From the NCBI GenBank assembly GCA_964270895.1, contig OZ185450.1: a stretch of 64,000 bases of DNA, one strand, 5' to 3'. The translations under genes were made by a program, and so were the position numbers. Within the stretch, counting starts at the first letter, position 1; each line of letters starts with the position of its first letter. Origin of the DNA: Podarcis filfolensis (taxonomy: Eukaryota). Below are positions 38,528 through 61,000 of this stretch, piece after piece. Under the pieces are notes generated by a model. The model had not been told where the DNA came from, searched no databases, and saw nothing but the letters and a program-made list of their open reading frames with translations.

Positions 38528-38900
38528 CCTGCAACTGTTGCTCTCGCCGTCGCCCTTTTTTATCCTCACAGCGAGGCCCAGCCTTCCCGCCCAAACCGCG
38601 CGGACCAATCACGGTACGCCCCTCTCGACTACGCCCCCTCCAAGGCCTCGTGCCGCAAACCAGGCCACGCCCAGCCCCCGCGGCAGAGCCAATTCTGTGC
38701 CCTCGGCAGCGTCCGTGGAGCGGGGGGGGGGGAGCGAGCGTGGTGCACGATGGGGCATGTAGTCCTCACCCTCAGAGTTTTTTTTATTTACCGACACACC
38801 CGCTTTTCATCTAAAATGGGCTCCCGAAGCGGCTTTAAATGCGAGGAAGCTCGAGTTAATAATAACGGCATGGCGTTAATGCTAGATACCCTGTGGGTGC
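38440..38900 (-). promoter_or_regulatory. FKBP6 CpG-island promoter
   Basis: CpG-rich block around exon 1 with CCAAT (gaccaatc, gagccaatt) and GC-box-like (gccacgccc) motifs. Confidence 0.75.
38456..38527 (-). CDS. FKBP6: FKBP6 coding exon 1 ([24 protein letters not shown])
   Basis: In a CpG island; phase-0 donor ATG|gtgagc matches exon 2. An upstream in-frame start cannot be excluded. Confidence 0.7.
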
Positions 38901-39250
38901 CGCTTTGTTGTTGTTTTTTTACTCCCAATTAACTTGCAAGAGTAAGCCCAAAGAAATTTAATGCGCCAAAGTTAGCCATGTCTTTTGAATCCTGCTCTAA
39001 TGTGACTAAGACTGGATGCTACCCCTTGATTTAAATTTTAAACTTTGCCCTGTTCTATCTTTTAGAAAGTTTCTCCATGACACAAAACCATGACAATTCT
39101 TAAACTTCGTTTATTTCATGCGTTTTGGTCCAGCAAGAGGGGCAGGGGAGCTTGAAATAGCTTACAAGCACACCGGTTTGCATAATCCAACATTTGTCAT
39201 CATAAAAAAATTAGCCGCCAAAACAATAACAACAAAATCCAACAACATGT

Positions 39251-39473
39251 AAGGTAAAAGGGTAAAGGTGAAAAGTAAAGGACCCCTGGATGGTTAAGTC
39301 CAGTCAAAGGGGACTATAGTGTGTGGCACTTATCTCATCTTCCCACCACAGCGGTACCTATTTATCTATGGTCTGCTTTCGAACTACTAGGTTGGCAGGA
39401 ACTGGGACAGAGCAATGGGAGTTCACCCTGTGACGGGGATTCGAACCGCCGAGCTTTGGATCAGCAACCCAAG
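39251..39473 (-). mobile_element. Sauria SINE, diverged and internally deleted
   Basis: aaggtaaaagggtaaagg...ggacccctgg...gtacctatttatcta...tttcgaactactaggttggcagga...ggggattcgaacc. Confidence 0.8.
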
Positions 39474-40522
39474 TATAGCATGAATGGATGGTGGTGCATT
39501 CAGTGACTTCTTCCCACCTCGAGCACAAGCACAAGAACTGCAAGTAGAAAGCAGACATTTCCAGCAGTGGGATTTGCTCCCTGTGAGATCCCTCACCACC
39601 TGGAAGGACCATGTGGTGGATACTCTTTGGTAGCTCAGGAGGCTGACAATAACTGTATTTCCGAAGGATGAATAAAAATGGATTTCCCATTCTGCTACTA
39701 TATTGGGTTGCGCCGTGGCTGCGTCACAATCGTCTTTAATTGCAACAGGAATATTTGTTTACTCCTTCTACACTGCCTAGAGGCTGCAGAATTAGGTACA
39801 TACAAAATTTTAAAAAGCCCTTGATCGAATATATTACAAAAGCATGGGAAGCAAAGCTAGTATGAAAACAACTGGACAATTCAGCCACCTTGGGTAAACT
39901 TTTTGGGGGTCTACTAAACAAAGGAGGAAAATAAATCTGGATAACTTCATGTTTGCTGCTTGAAACTCCTTGGATGGATGGATGGATGGAACCACTGCTT
40001 CAATGGTCCTCTTCCATTTCTAGGCTCCTTTCCTTGTGTTCCTTTCAGCCTGCAGGTAGGGACTGTCAATTCTTAATCTTTCTAAAGCTCACTTTTTAGG
40101 TGCTCAAGGAAGTGGTAGAGAGGGAAGCTGTCCATGGGGCTGCCATTGCTACTGAACTACAGCTTCCACCAGCCTCAGCAAGCCTGGCCAATGGCTGGAG
40201 AAGATGGGAGCTATGGTCTGGAAACACCTGGAAGGCTACAGCTTCTCCACCCCTGCTTAAGAGCAACCCATAACCAGCCTTCCCCAAACTAGTGCCATCA
40301 GTCCTGACCAGTATGTCTGTACTCCCATCAACACTGGCATAATAGAGCTGAGTTGGCTGTGGCATTTTAGCCCAGTAATCTTGAAGGCACAATGTTGGCA
40401 AAGTGTGCCTTAAAACGGATTAAACATAATGCTCTGGTGCAACCTCTAAAGTGCATTTGCAGCAGACCAAAGGGATATCATGGGAAAGCATTTTCAAAGA
40501 CATCGGTAGGACAGTTTCAGCC

Positions 40523-40545
40523 TTTAATCTTCCCCCCTTTTTAAT
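40523..40545 (-). terminator. candidate TRIM50 polyadenylation signals (two ATTAAA)
   Basis: tttaat at 40523-40528 and 40540-40545; the nearest hexamer signals I found downstream of the TRIM50 stop. Confidence 0.3.
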
Positions 40546-41176
40546 GTGGCCCCATGGCATTGGCAAATGCAGGACGACTGTAGCAATGTGTCAGGAAGCT
40601 GCATGAAATCTAGCCTTTAAACTTCCTGGTGAAGAAGACTAAAAGGCAGAGAGGGAAGCAATGGGCCTTTGAAGTTTAAGCATCAATTAACTGACATGTT
40701 TCCTAGAGGCAGCCCAGAGGCAAGGTGAGTTGGTTGAACAGATTGAGAGTGCCATCAAGGACAGTTAGCAGGGAGAATGACTGAGCTGATCCATGGACCA
40801 TGCCGTCTACAAAAAAGGAAGTTCTCCTCCTTGGGGGATCACTGGGTTTCTTCAAAGCAGGCACCAAAAGGTATTGAGCTGTCTCTCTCACTTGCTCTTG
40901 AGATGCTTAACTTGGCTCCTTGATTAACCAGCTATGTTCTGACTCCTTCAGCTGAGCTGAAGGCAAAAGGTTCTCAAACAAACCTCTGGAGCCCACCTTG
41001 TATATGTGGGGACTGTTCCCCTATGAGAATACAAATCCAGTTACACCTTGATCAGGGTTTCTCTAGTCGAGCTTGCCATGCTTTGGAGCAGAGCAGTCTG
41101 TGGCTAGTGCCTTTCTCCCCTGCAGTTGCAGCAACATGGCACTCACTCTGCAGCTCAGCAGGCAGGAACTGCCCAC

Positions 41177-46314
<5,138 letters not shown>

Positions 46315-48637
46315 TTAACCTAGTCCTGGAAGCCCAGCACCCTGTCGTGGGAAACTCCAGTTGTGGGGGGCAAGGGGAAATGAGAGCAATTCTTGTTCCT
46401 CCTGATTAACAGACCTCCTGCAATGAACAAGAACCGATAAGATGACAAGTAAAGAAGCAATGCAATCTTAGGGAGAAGTAAGAGTGCCCCTGAGCACACG
46501 AAAAGCAAAATAACAAGGCTGGGACTGGGGGAAATGTATTTGCTCCTGAGTCATGAAAACAGGGAGAAAGGAAGGTCATCATCCAGGTAACTGTCATTCC
46601 ATACTTACCAGGAGATCAGCACCTGTCTCCTTTGCTCGAAGACATCAGAAGTGCTCTGCAGTCCCAGGGGCACCAGCCTTCAGGCAGCAATGCTACAGGG
46701 CTCTCTGACTCTTTTAAGGAGATGCAACAAATTTGCTTGGGAAGGGCATTACAGAGCTGAGAGGGGAATAGTGTGTGTTTTCTTCAGTGGTGGAAGAGGG
46801 ACAGTTAAAAGATGTTGAGGAAGCAAGAGTGACAGCAGAATCATAACCCCCTTAAGTGCAGAGATGGTGAACCCGTGGTGGACCTCCAGAGTTGGTGGGT
46901 CTCTGATGACTCCCATCAACCTTGGGGAAGGACCTTTGCTCAGTGGCAGAGTACCTGTCCCTGGTTCAATCCCCATTGGCATCTCCAGGTAGGACAAGGA
47001 GCAGCCCCATCTGAAGCCCTGGCAAGCCATTGCTGCCAACCTGTGTTGACCAAGGAGAGCATCCTTACCTTCCACAGCTCAGTTGCCTTTTGCTTTCCAC
47101 CTTCCTGGCTCACTTGCCCTTCACCTGTAATCACAGGGCTTAGAAAACACCAATGCTTGGGATTCAGAGACCCTTCCTTTTGGGGAAATGCTCCTGTCCG
47201 CAAAGAGTCAACTACTTCTCTCCCCTCAAATCAATCCATGTGTCTCCCAAGTGGGAACTGCGAGCCACACCAGTCAGTTACTGTGAACATCAGAGGTCAG
47301 CAGCACACCCACGCATTCATGCGTCTGCACATTTACCTTGAATGTTCACCTTGCAAAACGTTTGCTCTCCTCCCCACACACCCTGGCCTGGCCACGCCTG
47401 GCACTCATTTATTTGTCCATCAGGCGCTAAAGACTTCTTTACGGTTACCCGCTAACTGGCAACAGATAAGACTTCTGGCTCAGACATTACTTTTTTCCAG
47501 CCTTATTGTTGCAGGGTAGACTTGAAGTCTCCAATGTTGATGTTCCTGAGAAGAGAAATAAAGTTGTACAAAAGCAGCCTTGCTGGCCTCTCGGGGTTCA
47601 GTGAACCCCAAGTTTCCTTGATGGCCACCCAAATTGCAAAAAGAAAACGAGGGAGTAATGGGAGGGGGAGCAAGAGGTGTTAGGCTGGTCCCTGTTTGGT
47701 GGGAGCTAGCTAGGTCTCTGTCTCTGTTGGGCGTTTTTCAAGGTGAAACTTGCCTCAAAAAGAGTTTAATCTCAGCTATCTGCTGAGGGTCCTGGTTGTG
47801 CTGACCCTTTGAAAGGGGGCCTTGTGCCAGGACTGGCTCTGCCTTTGACAGATGTGTGTGCAGTGGGGTCAGAGGACCTTAAGGAGAGCTGCTCTCTGTC
47901 AGCAATTCCCACCAAGGGACAAGTTCCTTCCTGCAGGGGCCTGGGGGACTTCCAGTTGCTCAACCCCAAAATCTTGTTTGAGAGGGGCAGCCTGCTGCAT
48001 CTTTGCCTGGATCATCCTGCTTCCCTAGGAAGGGAGCGGGCAATTTCAAGTCCTGTGCCTGGTTTTATTTGAGACTTTTTTTGTCACCGTTGGAATAGTT
48101 TTTATACACAGAATTGTTCTCAATTGTTCTACCTATAGAACTGTTTATAATCGTTTTTGCACTTTTCTTGCTTTATGGTCCTGTCTTATAACTATGTGCG
48201 GCCTGATGGTAAAGGCGGGGGCACAGATAAGAAATCTGATTATATAATTGAGCCACTTATTGAGCCTTTTGAGGCTGAAAGCGGTATACAGTACAAGTCT
48301 TTTCAGGCTGCAGCCCTACACATACTTCCCTGGGAGTAAGAGCCACTGAACTCAATGGAGCCCTGTTATTCCAAGTAGACACGTGCCATTGCGTTACACT
48401 GCGTATCGTTCTGCATTGGGATGTAGAGCTTGAAGCCGGCGTGCTGTCGAAGCCTTTGATTTCTCTCCGACGATTTTTTTGGGAAGCACTGGAGGCTGTG
48501 AAGAATCCCACATCGAACCCGGAAACTCGTCGAGCAACGAACGTCTAACATTCGCAGCTCTACGAGATCTCCGCTAATCCACCCGCGAGCATGCGCGGCT
48601 CCCTTTCCCGGCGCATGCGCGTTCAGAGCTTGGCGCC

Positions 48638-55025
<6,388 letters not shown>

Positions 55026-55117
55026 GAAGCCTTGTAGGACTGATTTGTAAAGACCATCACAAGACGACACAGACTCTGCTATAGGAAGTTGGCACCAGAG
55101 AACTTTGCAGGCTCTGG

Positions 55118-55123
55118 AATAAA
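55118..55123 (+). terminator. NSUN5 polyadenylation signal AATAAA
   Basis: About 90 nt after the stop, followed by GT-rich gtgttattct and gtgttgtt. Confidence 0.75.
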
Positions 55124-55160
55124 AGTTTGCACAGAAGTGTTATTCTCCCCCCTTCTCCAA

Positions 55161-55166
55161 TTTATT
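55161..55166 (-). terminator. candidate POM121 distal polyadenylation signal AATAAA
   Basis: tttatt on +; an alternative candidate lies at 55596-55601. Confidence 0.45.
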
Positions 55167-57975
55167 CCAGAGTGTTGTTAATCATGGCAGGATGTTGGTA
55201 GATGAAGATAGTGGACTGGCCATTATTGGGGTGGTAGGTGCTGTAACTTAAAAGGCACCCACCCTGCACTGTTTAATTCTACTCTGGGAAGGAGCTGTCT
55301 TGAAACTACTGGTCTTTGCCACATCTGTCTGCCCAGAACATGCAGTCTGCAGGTACAGACCCAACCTCACTGAAGCTAAGCAAGGTCAGTGGCCTATTAC
55401 CTGCTTGGGAATGACATGTGTGTTGCCTTTGCTGGAGTATAAATAAGGAAATAATTTTGTGCTATGCAGATCCATCTGAAGTGGGCAGGCCTCCTCCATC
55501 ATTCAGGAAAACCCAGGGGTGAGTTGGCTGCTGCTGCCTTTGGGAAATACCTCCCGCTAAAACAGAAAGACACTCTCCACCTCAAGCAGTTTTGTTTTAT
55601 TTTAAATCAACATAAGCAAGGAAAAGAAATTGCACATTCACGCTAAAACCCTCAACAGGAATGATCAAAGTCTTCATTGCGACGTTTTCTTTTTTTAAAA
55701 AAAGTCAATCATTCTCCCCATCCTCACAGACGTCAGCCCACTCACACAGTTGACGCTGGCACTCTGCACGCAATCAATGGAAAGGATGCAGCCTGGGGTG
55801 GCGGGGAGGGTCCCAAGCTGTTTCCCTTAGCAAGCTCAGGATGTGGTGGCTACCTGGCTGGGCAGAGACGTGACTGAGGTAAAGGGAGAGAGGCAGCCCG
55901 AGCTCAGGAAGCACCTGTTGTCTCCACCTTCACAGAATTGGGTTTCTTTTGGGGAGGGGGAGGGATACAAAGGGGGTTCTTAAAGACAGCACCATTCCCA
56001 TAGCAAGGCACTGCTCTGCTTACTACCAGCATGCCAATGTCATTTATCCACAGGGCAGTGATCTGTGGAAGCCTCCTCCTTTTAGAAACCTCCCCCCACC
56101 CCACATCCAGGGGCTGGATGGAAGCTTTTGGCTACTGCCTCTCCAATAGCCCAGACAGAACACTCACCCCCCATGCCAGGCACCCTCTAAATGTGCAAGA
56201 GCTCTCAAGCATTACAGGACAGACAAAGCCACATCCACATTATAAAACAAGAACATGGAATGGGACGGGGAGGGGGGGGAGGCAGGCGAGGGGCTCCCAG
56301 CCTGAGACTGTTGCTGCCCAGCCACCTTCCGCTCCTCAGAGCTCCCCACCCCAGCTAATTTCCTAATGAACAGCTTTGCACTTTCACACACTTCTATGAA
56401 CCAAGCTTGAAGGAATTCAAAGGCAATTTAGCTTAAATACAAAAATAAAGTTTCATTTTGTTAAAAAATGTTTAAATATTTTTTTTCCTTAAATTTAGAA
56501 TTAGGCAGGCTCACGCACACACTCTCACACCGTTGTCTCCACTGTATGAAAAAAGCTGGCAGACACTGCACTTTCGCGCTTCAAGAGGGAGGTGGGGGGG
56601 GGGGGAGAGGAGCTGGGATGTTCTTTCCCAAAATGAAGGGAGCTCCTTAGAAGAGGAGGGGGTGCTCTTTTGCTTGCTGGAGCCTCTTGCAAGCAGTGCT
56701 GTGTAGTAGGGCAGCCGGTGTTGTGCCATGGCAACCCTGGCAGACTGCAGAGCCCTCCCACATTAGAGCCTCTTCTCTCCCACCAAAATCCAGTGCAGGG
56801 AGTCAAAGGCGCTGGAGCTGTGCAGCCCTGCTAGGGAGGGCGGCCTTGCTTCACCTCCCTCTCCTCCTCCCAGATAACGCACATAGAGCTGCCCCCTGCT
56901 TAGCACTGCCAGCCTCCCACTCTGAAAACTCCCGAGTGCTTGGCTCCACTCGGCACACGTAGCCACGCAGCAGCGATGCTGCTACCACCACCGTCCACAC
57001 CCAATTCGGCGAGGTTCGTCTCCCTTGGAGACAAGACAGCCACCCCCCCAAAAGAAATGTTTACAGCAAGTCCGGCATTACCAACATGCCGCCACACATA
57101 CAATTAAATTCTTCCTCCAAACTCGATTCACAGAGCAATTGAGAAAAAAAAAAGGAAAGGGAAAGAAAGAACACATTCTGTGAGCAGAACAGACAGACGG
57201 ATGATTGGGGGGGGGAGATGGAAGAGGGCAGGGGCTCAAGTGAAGCAGCAGCAGCAGCAAGGGGGTGAGGTGGGGAGCTACCTCTTCACTCCCACCCCAG
57301 CATCTCCCTGACTGCGGAGGGGGTCCCAGCCACGGAGGAACAGTGATTAGTGTTTCGGCGAAGGGCCCCCAGCACAGCGACTGCAACCATGGAGCCCCGG
57401 CAAGGTGGTTTTGCCAGCTGCAAAGGGGCTCTCAAGGTGGTGTGGGCCACAGCATCATAGGAAAAGGACCCCAAGCCCATGGTGTGTGGGGCCTCTGCCC
57501 TGGATCAGGAGAACCTTCTGCCACTTGACTCCAGGAAGAGGGGAGGGGGCTCCAGGTGGAAACTGGCACACCGCTGCTGGCCTCCTCCCAGCTCACTGCC
57601 CTCCCTTGGCAGCCAAAAAAGGGAGCAGGTTGAGGTAAGGCAAGAAGGTGGATGGGAGGGAGGAGGGATCCACAGGGGGCTGCTCACATGGGGATAGGTA
57701 AAGTAGCCGATATGTACAAAATTTAATCCAGACTCAGTCATGGACTGTTCAAGTAAAAAGGGCTTGGTTTCTCCTGTCCCGTTTGAGGGGGTAAAAATTG
57801 CTCTGGGTAACTTCCTGCGGACGTCACAGACAACGTGGCCCCTAGGCCAGTCAGTCCTGCTGAGGGTGAGCTGTAGAAGCAGCAGCCTCCGTTGGGCAGG
57901 TGCTGTGCCCAGGCCAGTCTAGGCCCGACAGCAGGTTGGCCGGGAGCTGGAGCCCAGCCAGGAAGTCTCTCTTGG

Positions 57976-58070
57976 CTACTTCTTTCGGGTGTGCTGCCTC
58001 CGGGCTTGTAGCCGCTGGCGGGAGCCAGTCTTGGATCCTGCCCCAATGGAGAAGGTGGGGGCTGGGGGTC
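57976..58070 (-). CDS. POM121: POM121 last coding exon
   Basis: [30 protein letters not shown]. Confidence 0.93.
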
Positions 58071-61000
58071 CTGCAGGGAAAGACAAAGCAACAAGAAGCC
58101 CCCATATCAGTCTCGGCTACATAGACAGAAGTCAGAGGGCTCACAGCAACAGCCCCTTCTGCCACACAGGGCCAACTGGATGAGGGGGAAATGTATGTTG
58201 GGGTATCCCACAGCCCCCCCATTCACCCAACCCCCTCAAGTTCATGGGAGCAAGGAAGCAGACAGAAATCCTGCCCCATAAAACTCTGCTCATCTTCCCA
58301 GACTCTTACCAAAAGGAGGTCCGGTACTTCCAAAGGTGGGGGTGATGGATGATCCAAAGGAAAGGGTGCTGCCCCCCACTGTGCCCGCTCCTGGTGCCGG
58401 CGAGCTCTGCCCAAATGTGGGTGGTGGAGCTCCTAGAAGACCAAAAGGTGGTGAAATGAGAGGCCCACCAGAGTAGGGACATGCATCCAAGGGGAAACAA
58501 AGCCAAGATGCTAGTCTCTGCGCTTTACTGCATGGGACTGGGAGTAAAAGAGCCAGTCCTTCTCTGCCTTTGCAAGACAATGCAAGGCCAATTGGACAGA
58601 ATGAGGCAGGTCAGTCTGGACCCGCCTGTCTCCCAGCCAAGGGAGAAATGTCCCCCTCCTCTCTCAACATGCCTCAGTCTGTCACTGACATGGAGGACTG
58701 AAGCTTCATGCTCCAAAGCCCAGCAGGAAGGCAGAGCGAGTCCAGCAAAGCATAAAAACCTCGGCATCTGTGAACACCCAGAGACTTTGCATGATTTATT
58801 CTGCTGTCAAAATCCAGGCTTTGGGAAGATCTAAAACTTTAGACTAGGAGTGGAGGAAAAGGGATGGAAATAAGGAGGAGGGAGGAGCATGGATGTAAGA
58901 CCTGGATCCAGGGGAGTGAGTGTACACAGAACATCCATGTGGCAGGGAAAGCGTTTCTCTCCTCCCTTCCCCTACGTTTAACAGATTGTGCCTGACACTG
59001 TCTCACAAATTCTCAGGCTTTGCAAAGAGAAGAGGGTGAAGAATGGTGACAGTGGGCAAATGCAGTCGTATTTACAACCTGTTTTTTAAAGGCGGCCAAC
59101 CCTGGAGAGAAAGGAGCTAGGAGCATGGCTGCAGCAGACCCACCCTGCCCTCCACCTCCCTTGCCCAGGACCCAGGTATGTGTGTCCATCCCAGGTTGGG
59201 GAACGACTCACCTCCAAAGGCTGGCTTGCTTTCTTGCGTGCCAGGGATGTTGAAAGCGAAACCAGAGCTCTGGCTCTGGGCCCCCAGAGGGTTTTGTGCC
59301 AAAGAAGATCCAAAGGGTGTTGCCGCTGCTGCTGCCCCTGCTGCCCCAATCTGTCCACTGCCAAAGCTAAAGCTCACGGGAGCCGCTCCGGGACCTGCAG
59401 TGCCAGCAGCAGCAGCTGCACCCATGCCAAAGGCATTGACTGCTCCAGGGGCCTGGTTGGCTGCCCCAAAGCTGAAGGGAGTGGGAGCTGAGCTCCCAAA
59501 CACTGGGCCTCCTGCACTGCTGTTGCTGCTCGTGGTCTGAGTGTTGGACCCAAAGCCCGACGTGGCGGAGGTCGTGGCCGTCCCAAAGGAGAAGACAGAG
59601 GTGGTGGCTCCAAACGCTGGCTGGGTGGTGCTTTTTGCGCCAAAGGATGGTAGGGGCCCAGTCCCACTGAAGGGTGTCTGTGAGGGGCTGCCAAAAGCTG
59701 GTTGGGCCGCTGGCTGGGAGAAGCTGAAATGAGATTCAAAGCTCACAGGCCCTGTAGATGGCTTGGTGGCTGCCTGCTGACTCTCGGCAACTGTTGTGTC
59801 CAAAGCCAGCTGGCTGGTGTCCGTTGGGTACGGAGGCGGTGGCTTGGAAGCCGTGCCAAAGCCCCCTGTGAATGCAGAGGCGCCGGACCCAAACATCAGG
59901 GGAGGCTGTGTTGTGGCCGAAGGGGCCGTTGTGGCGCTGCTGTTGCCGAAGAGGCTGAAGCCTGCCGTGGTGGTGGTGGTGCTGGGAGCCGCCTCTGTGT
60001 TGCAGGAGGGTGCCTGGCTGAAGGCAGAGCTCACCAAGGGGCTGAGAGTGGGACCTGTGGGGGCAACCTGCTTGCCAAATTGGAAAAGGGGAGCAGTGCC
60101 GCTAGTGGATGGGGCCCCAAAGAGTGAGGGATGCTGGGATGATGCTGGTGCGGTGGCAGAGGTGCTGCTAGGTGCAGCTGTGGAGGCTGGCATGGTGGGC
60201 CCAAAGCCAAAGACAGCCTTGCTTGAGGAGACAGCTGTGGAGTTGGCTGTGGTGGAGAGCAGAGCTGCTGCAGTGGTGGTCACAGTGGCCTCCAGGGGAA
60301 TGGGGAACCCAGGCGTGGCTGTGGTGGTGGAGCTGCTGGCGGGCAGGGTGGGCACAGGCGCCGGCTGGAAGGTGAAAGGCGAGGCAGCTGCCACTGTTGC
60401 AGGAAGAGCTGAGGTGGCTGGTGGGGGCGGAGCCCCAAATACGGGCTTGAAAGTGCTGCTGGAAGTGACAGGAGGAGCAGCCAAGGAGGAGGGCAGAGTC
60501 CCAGTAGCCGGGGCAGGCCCAGTCGTGGTGGTGCTACTCATGGAGAAACCCAGCCCCTCGCTCTTCACCAGGCTGCCAAAGACAGGCTTGAACATGGGTG
60601 CTGCCTCAGGTGCAGGAGAGGCAGTCGTTGTTGTTGACACAGGGGCTGCAGGAGGGCTAGTAAGAATCCCAAAGAGGGTGCTGGGCTTCGGGGCAGAGGC
60701 AGGCCGTGCTGGAGTCTGGCCCAGCTCAGAAGAGGAGGCAGCCATTGGGCTGCAGGTGCTGCTGGCAGGCTGGGCAGCACTGGAGGAAGAAGACAATGCT
60801 GTAGTAGCCAGGGGCGCTGGGACACCGAGTGACAACAGTGGGGCCTTGGTCACCTCAGGGGAGCTCATGGGCATGGAAGAGCCCAAATCCAGGGAAGGAG
60901 AAGGAGCTGACAGCGGAGGGGTCTCTGCAGCAGAGCCAGGACCTGGAGTAGCAGGGGAGGAAGAGCATTGTCACTATACCAGAGGAAATGCTGCTCAACA

